The position numbers were made by a program, and so were the translations under genes. A DNA stretch of 63,315 nt, counting the filler, from Squatina squatina (taxonomy: Eukaryota), in assembly GCA_031763465.1 (NCBI GenBank). It is 3 parts of 3 records of this genome, joined end to end, with 100 filler letters (N's around TTAATTAATTAA, not from the genome) between each part and the next. Parts side by side here need not be neighbours in the genome. Positions count along the whole stretch, not along the records: positions 48,479 to 63,315 come from JARFOE010000016.1; 2 more parts are not named here. One strand, 5' to 3'. The first letter of the stretch is position 1, and every line of letters begins with the position of its first letter. The notes under the pieces are model-generated. The model did not search any database, was not told the DNA's origin, and worked only from the letters and a program-made list of their open reading frames with translations. Positions 59,330 through 63,315 of this stretch are shown one piece after another.

Positions 59330-62300
59330 ATGACGGGAGACGCACAACATGTTTATGCAATTAAAGATTCGGACACTGATCCCAAACAGCAGCAAAAGGA
59401 GGGTGTTTTTGAACATTTCAGTGAAAAAGATCCTGGGAAATTGAACAATAACAACAGCATATCCGAAAGCTGCAAGACTGTGCTGAATAATAGTTCCTTG
59501 AATAATTCTCATCTCCACAGAAAGAACAAGGAAAGCTATAACCAGAGAGAGGCTGTAATTAGGCCACAGCAAGCTGGAAGAATTGACTTTAAGTCTCTTC
59601 ATAATAGACCAAAGTTTTCTAGTGAAAGAACATGGTCTTCATCCAGCAGTTCAAGTGGCAAAAGCAGTCCACAGTCACCTTCTGGGAAAAACAAAGGAAG
59701 AGACAAAAACAAAAGGTATGGGAAAGGGCCACATCATCTTTATAAACTTAGTATTGTTAATTCACGATCCAACCCCACTATTGGAATAGCATATCCACAA
59801 CAAAAGGTTACATCAAAGAAACTAGAAGGAAACCGAGAACTTGTAACAGGAAGCTATCGCTTTAATGTGCCCAGCANNNNNNNNNNAAAGAGAGGCAGAG
59901 CTCCAGCAAGAGGATCTCAGCTACAACAGACGCTTTCAGGAGGATTCTGCAAACCATACCTCCACAAGTTATACCTCACATACTACAGTGGTCACATGCC
60001 AGCACCAAGCATTAAAAGCACAATCACAGGTAAATATTAATGTTCCCAGAGACAACTCCAACTCCAATGGCCAATTACAGTATCCAGAATTCCATGGAAA
60101 CAGAAATAACTCTAACATTACACCTTTTTCAGTGGATTGGCATTCTCAAGACAAGACATTTGCAGGTACTAACTTTGGAATACCCTCTCACAAACNNNNN
60201 NNNNNACAGAGCACTTTTCCTGCAGCAACAGAAAGCAATAAACCTAATGCACAGGGCTTTAGATCAATTCCGTTTCAGTATCCACTCCCACAATTGCATG
60301 AGGCAGCTGCTGATCCATTCAACAGTGAGCACAGTAGTCAACGCCACTTTCAACAAGATTACTTAGATGTTTCATTGCCTAACAGCCAGGTAGCACATAG
60401 TGGTTTTGTCTTTCAGCTTTCAACTGACGGACAAGAGGAAACTTTAAGCAATGGTCGGTATGGTACTTCATCAGATGGGAGAAGCTATACACAGCCTTCC
60501 CACCAAACTCAGTTTGTGCGTCCATCCAATCAAGTTACTCAACAACAGTCGCCTTTATCTCGTTACAAAGGAAGAGCAGATCATCCAAATGATACAAATG
60601 GTGCTATATCTTCTACTGGTGCTATATCTTCTGGTGCTATATCATCTTCTACTGGTGCTATATCTTCTGGTGCTATATCATCTTCTACTGGTGCTATTGA
60701 GCAAAATCAGAGCACATTCCAAGAAAACCGATCTGTTTGTTCATCAGACATGTTCAATTTGCACAATAATGGTGTTGGATTTGTACCTATGAACAAAAGG
60801 TGCTCATCTTTAAAAGATAACCAAGGCACTGAAAGAATGGTCACTCAGGGAAAACCCCTGAGAAGAAACATAACTCATGGCCCTTTACCCCAAATGCACT
60901 TTCAGGACAAAGTTTACGGNNNNNNNNNNNNNNNNNNNNNNNNNNNNNNNNNNNNNNNNNNNNNNNNNNNNNNNNNNNNNNNNNNNNNNNNNNNNNNNNN
61001 NNNNNNNNNNNNNNNNNNNNNNNNNNNNNNNNNNNNNNNNNNNNNNNNNNNNNNNNNNNNNNNNNNNNNNNNNNNNNNNNNNNNNNNNNNNNNNNNNNNN
61101 NNNNNNNNNNNNNNNNNNNNNNNNNNNNNNNNNNNNNNNNNNNNNNNNNNNNNNNNNNNNNNNNNNNNNNNNNNNNNNNNNNNNNNNNNNNNNNNNNNNN
61201 NNNNNNNNNNNNNNNNNNNNNNNNNNNNNNNNNNNNNNNNNNGTAATCAACAGATTTCTTTTTCACTTGGCACCTCAGAGTGGCAAGAATGTACGAAAAC
61301 ACAGAAAAATACACCTAATCCAGCAGCTTTCCGTAACAAAAAACAGGTACGTAACGAAGAACTTCAAAATGCTAGAAATGATGGGAGTAGACAAAACTGC
61401 AACACAGCTACTGCTTTTCCATTTCAGAATGGTCTCGACAATACTAACCCTTCACTGTGTGAGTCAAGAAATTCGAACACATTCTGTGGCTTGAACCAAC
61501 CAGTTGTACCAGCATCTACAAGAGGTGGTGGTCATGTAACATTATCAATGCCAAAGGTTAGTTTGTCAGCCTCTCCATACCAGTCTCCACCACCTTCACC
61601 AGCTCTCAACCCTGGATCTACTAGCACTTGCTCATCGCTCTCTCCAGTGTCAACCGTGTACAGCGCCAACAGCCCTCTTAACCCCAATTCAGAAGAAAGC
61701 CAAGTGCGCATTGTAGCCACACCACCCAATTTTTATCATCAACACTGCCACACTAAGGAAGGGAAAAACTTCAGTTCATCTGAACAGATTAATGCTGACC
61801 TTCTGCACCATCACTATGATCCCATAAGAACATTCACATTTTCCTCAGCTGATCGTTCCAGGGGAACCAAAGACAACCATCTGTTATACATCCAGGACAA
61901 CTCATTCTCACAGCAGAATGCTGAAAGCAATGGATGCACAAATAGTTTTGATACCGAGCCACAATCCTTCTCAGAACAGCAGCTTTTCGCTAACTCCCTT
62001 AGCAGTGCAAATCTTGACCAACTTGATGTGCTTCTTACATGCAAACAGTGTGACCAAAATTTTAGTAATGTTGCTTCATTTCTTGATCACCGTCAGTATT
62101 GTGGACTCCATGCAGCTTGTCACACAGAGCTGCATGAAGCACCCAGAATGGTGGAGAGTAGAAGATTCCAAGCGGAATCAGCAAAAGCAGCAATTCTTCA
62201 TTCAACCCGAGGTGGAGTTGATCTACATCAGTCTTTACTTTGCTTAAGCAANNNNNNNNNNNNNNNNNNNNNNNNNNNNNNNNNNNNNNNNNNNNNNNNN

Positions 62301-63155
62301 NNNNNNNNNNNNNNNNNNNNNNNNNNNNNNNNNNNNNNNNNNNNNNNNNNNNNNNNNNNNNNNNNNNNNNNNNNNNNNNNNNNNNNNNNNNNNNNNNNNN
62401 NNNNNNNNNNNNNNNNNNNNNNNNNNNNNNNNNNNNNNNNNNNNNNNNNNNNNNNNNNNNNNNNNNNNNNNNNNNNNNNNNNNNNNNNNNNNNNNNNNNN
62501 NNNNNNNNNNNNNNNNNNNNNNNNNNNNNNNNNNNNNNNNNNNNNNNNNNNNNNNNNNNNNNNNNNNNACTCTAGTCATGTAACAATGGCTTTTGATTAT
62601 TCCTGAGCCAAGCTGGATGCTGACAGGTGAAATCATTCGTGGCATGTTATCAACTACTTCAGTTCACTTCTGCTAAATAATGAAATCTAGTAATAAATTG
62701 AACAGACAAGCAAAATCTCTTAAACATGCTCTGGGGGGCTCTACCTGTTTTATTTCTTCTCTCATGATACTTCTTTTGATCCCTTAACGTACAGTAAACC
62801 TAGTGCAAAAATTGGGAAGCTAAGAGGGGGAAGAAAGCTTAGTACTGATGCAACACTTCAGCGCAGAATTAGTGAGGTTTTATCTCAGCCAGCACGAAGT
62901 GGGAGAAAGAACTCTGAAAGAGACAAGCACAAAAGTAACTCTGATATGCGGGGTACAGTTCGCCCAACTCCTTTAGAGGTTCTTACTGTGAATAGCAACT
63001 CCAGGTTACGCAGACCTGCCATAAAGGATATTAAGAAAAGAAAGTCAGGTAGCAGAACTTGGAGCAAGGAATTGATTCATAAGATTGTGCAGCAGAAGAA
63101 CAAACTGCACAAGTTACATGTGAAGGGCAACAAGAATTTGCAGCTTTCTCTAGTT
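59330..63155 (+). CDS. ZNF469: Zinc finger protein 469, N-terminal part of the giant coding exon (gapped)
   Basis: Long Ser/Asn/Gln-rich ORF with [18 protein letters not shown], finger-like [24 protein letters not shown] and [16 protein letters not shown], all recalled ZNF469 motifs. Acceptor TTGCAG at 59217. The frame change at 59877-59886 is explained by the 10-N placeholder. Confidence 0.85.
60600..60698 (+). repeat. Coding tandem repeat GAISS(S)T
   Basis: Units of 18, 15, 21, 15 and 21 nt starting GGTGCTATATC; 60618-60653 is identical to 60654-60689. Confidence 0.9.
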
Positions 63156-63315
63156 TCCCTCCGATCTCCACTCATACCCTCCGAGCTCATCTTGTCCATG
63201 AGTCCCACCTCCTGCTCCCTCAAACCTATTCCCACTAAATTGCTGACCGCCCAACTGCCCTTCCTGGCTCCCATGTTAGCTGATATGGTTAACCGTTCTC
63301 TCTCCCCTCAGGTAC
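63156..63315 (+). mobile_element. L2-clade LINE ORF2 fragment
   Basis: SELILSMSPTSCSLKPIPTKLLTAQLPFLAPMLADMVN; homologous to 38920-39090. Confidence 0.8.

Noticed and set aside
1-63315. CRISPR arrays, operons, rRNA or true tRNA genes
   Set aside because: None seen; the tRNA-like A/B boxes are SINE heads and the sequence is eukaryotic.

Overview
Eukaryotic, intron-containing vertebrate DNA. The repeat content (CR1- and L2-type LINEs, a Deu-domain SINE, decayed PIF/Harbinger DNA transposons) and the presence of VA opsin point to a non-mammalian jawed vertebrate, most plausibly a cartilaginous fish (inference). The assembly is very fragmented: short contigs are joined by mostly 100-N gaps, so many exons are missing and distances are unreliable. 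Two identical artificial linkers (44N-TTAATTAATTAA-44N) split the window into three blocks. Block A (1-24934) holds SLC20A2, MFHAS1, ERI1, PPP1R3B and TNKS. Block B (25035-48378) holds NKX6-2, VA opsin, CFAP46 and an ADGRA-family receptor at the ADGRA1 position. Block C (48479-63315) is non-coding DNA followed by ZNF469. The most notable observations are: an ADGRA1-position gene that keeps a signal peptide and LRR ectodomain (absent in human ADGRA1); a multi-copy two-gene Harbinger family (DDE transposase plus a spliced Myb/SANT gene) with short TIR-bearing derivatives; VA opsin with an open intron-4 read-through; and an in-frame, gap-free junction of ZNF469 into an L2 LINE. Gene calls come from recalled vertebrate protein sequences plus splice-phase checks; no database search was run. 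I found no clearly novel biological system beyond these candidates.
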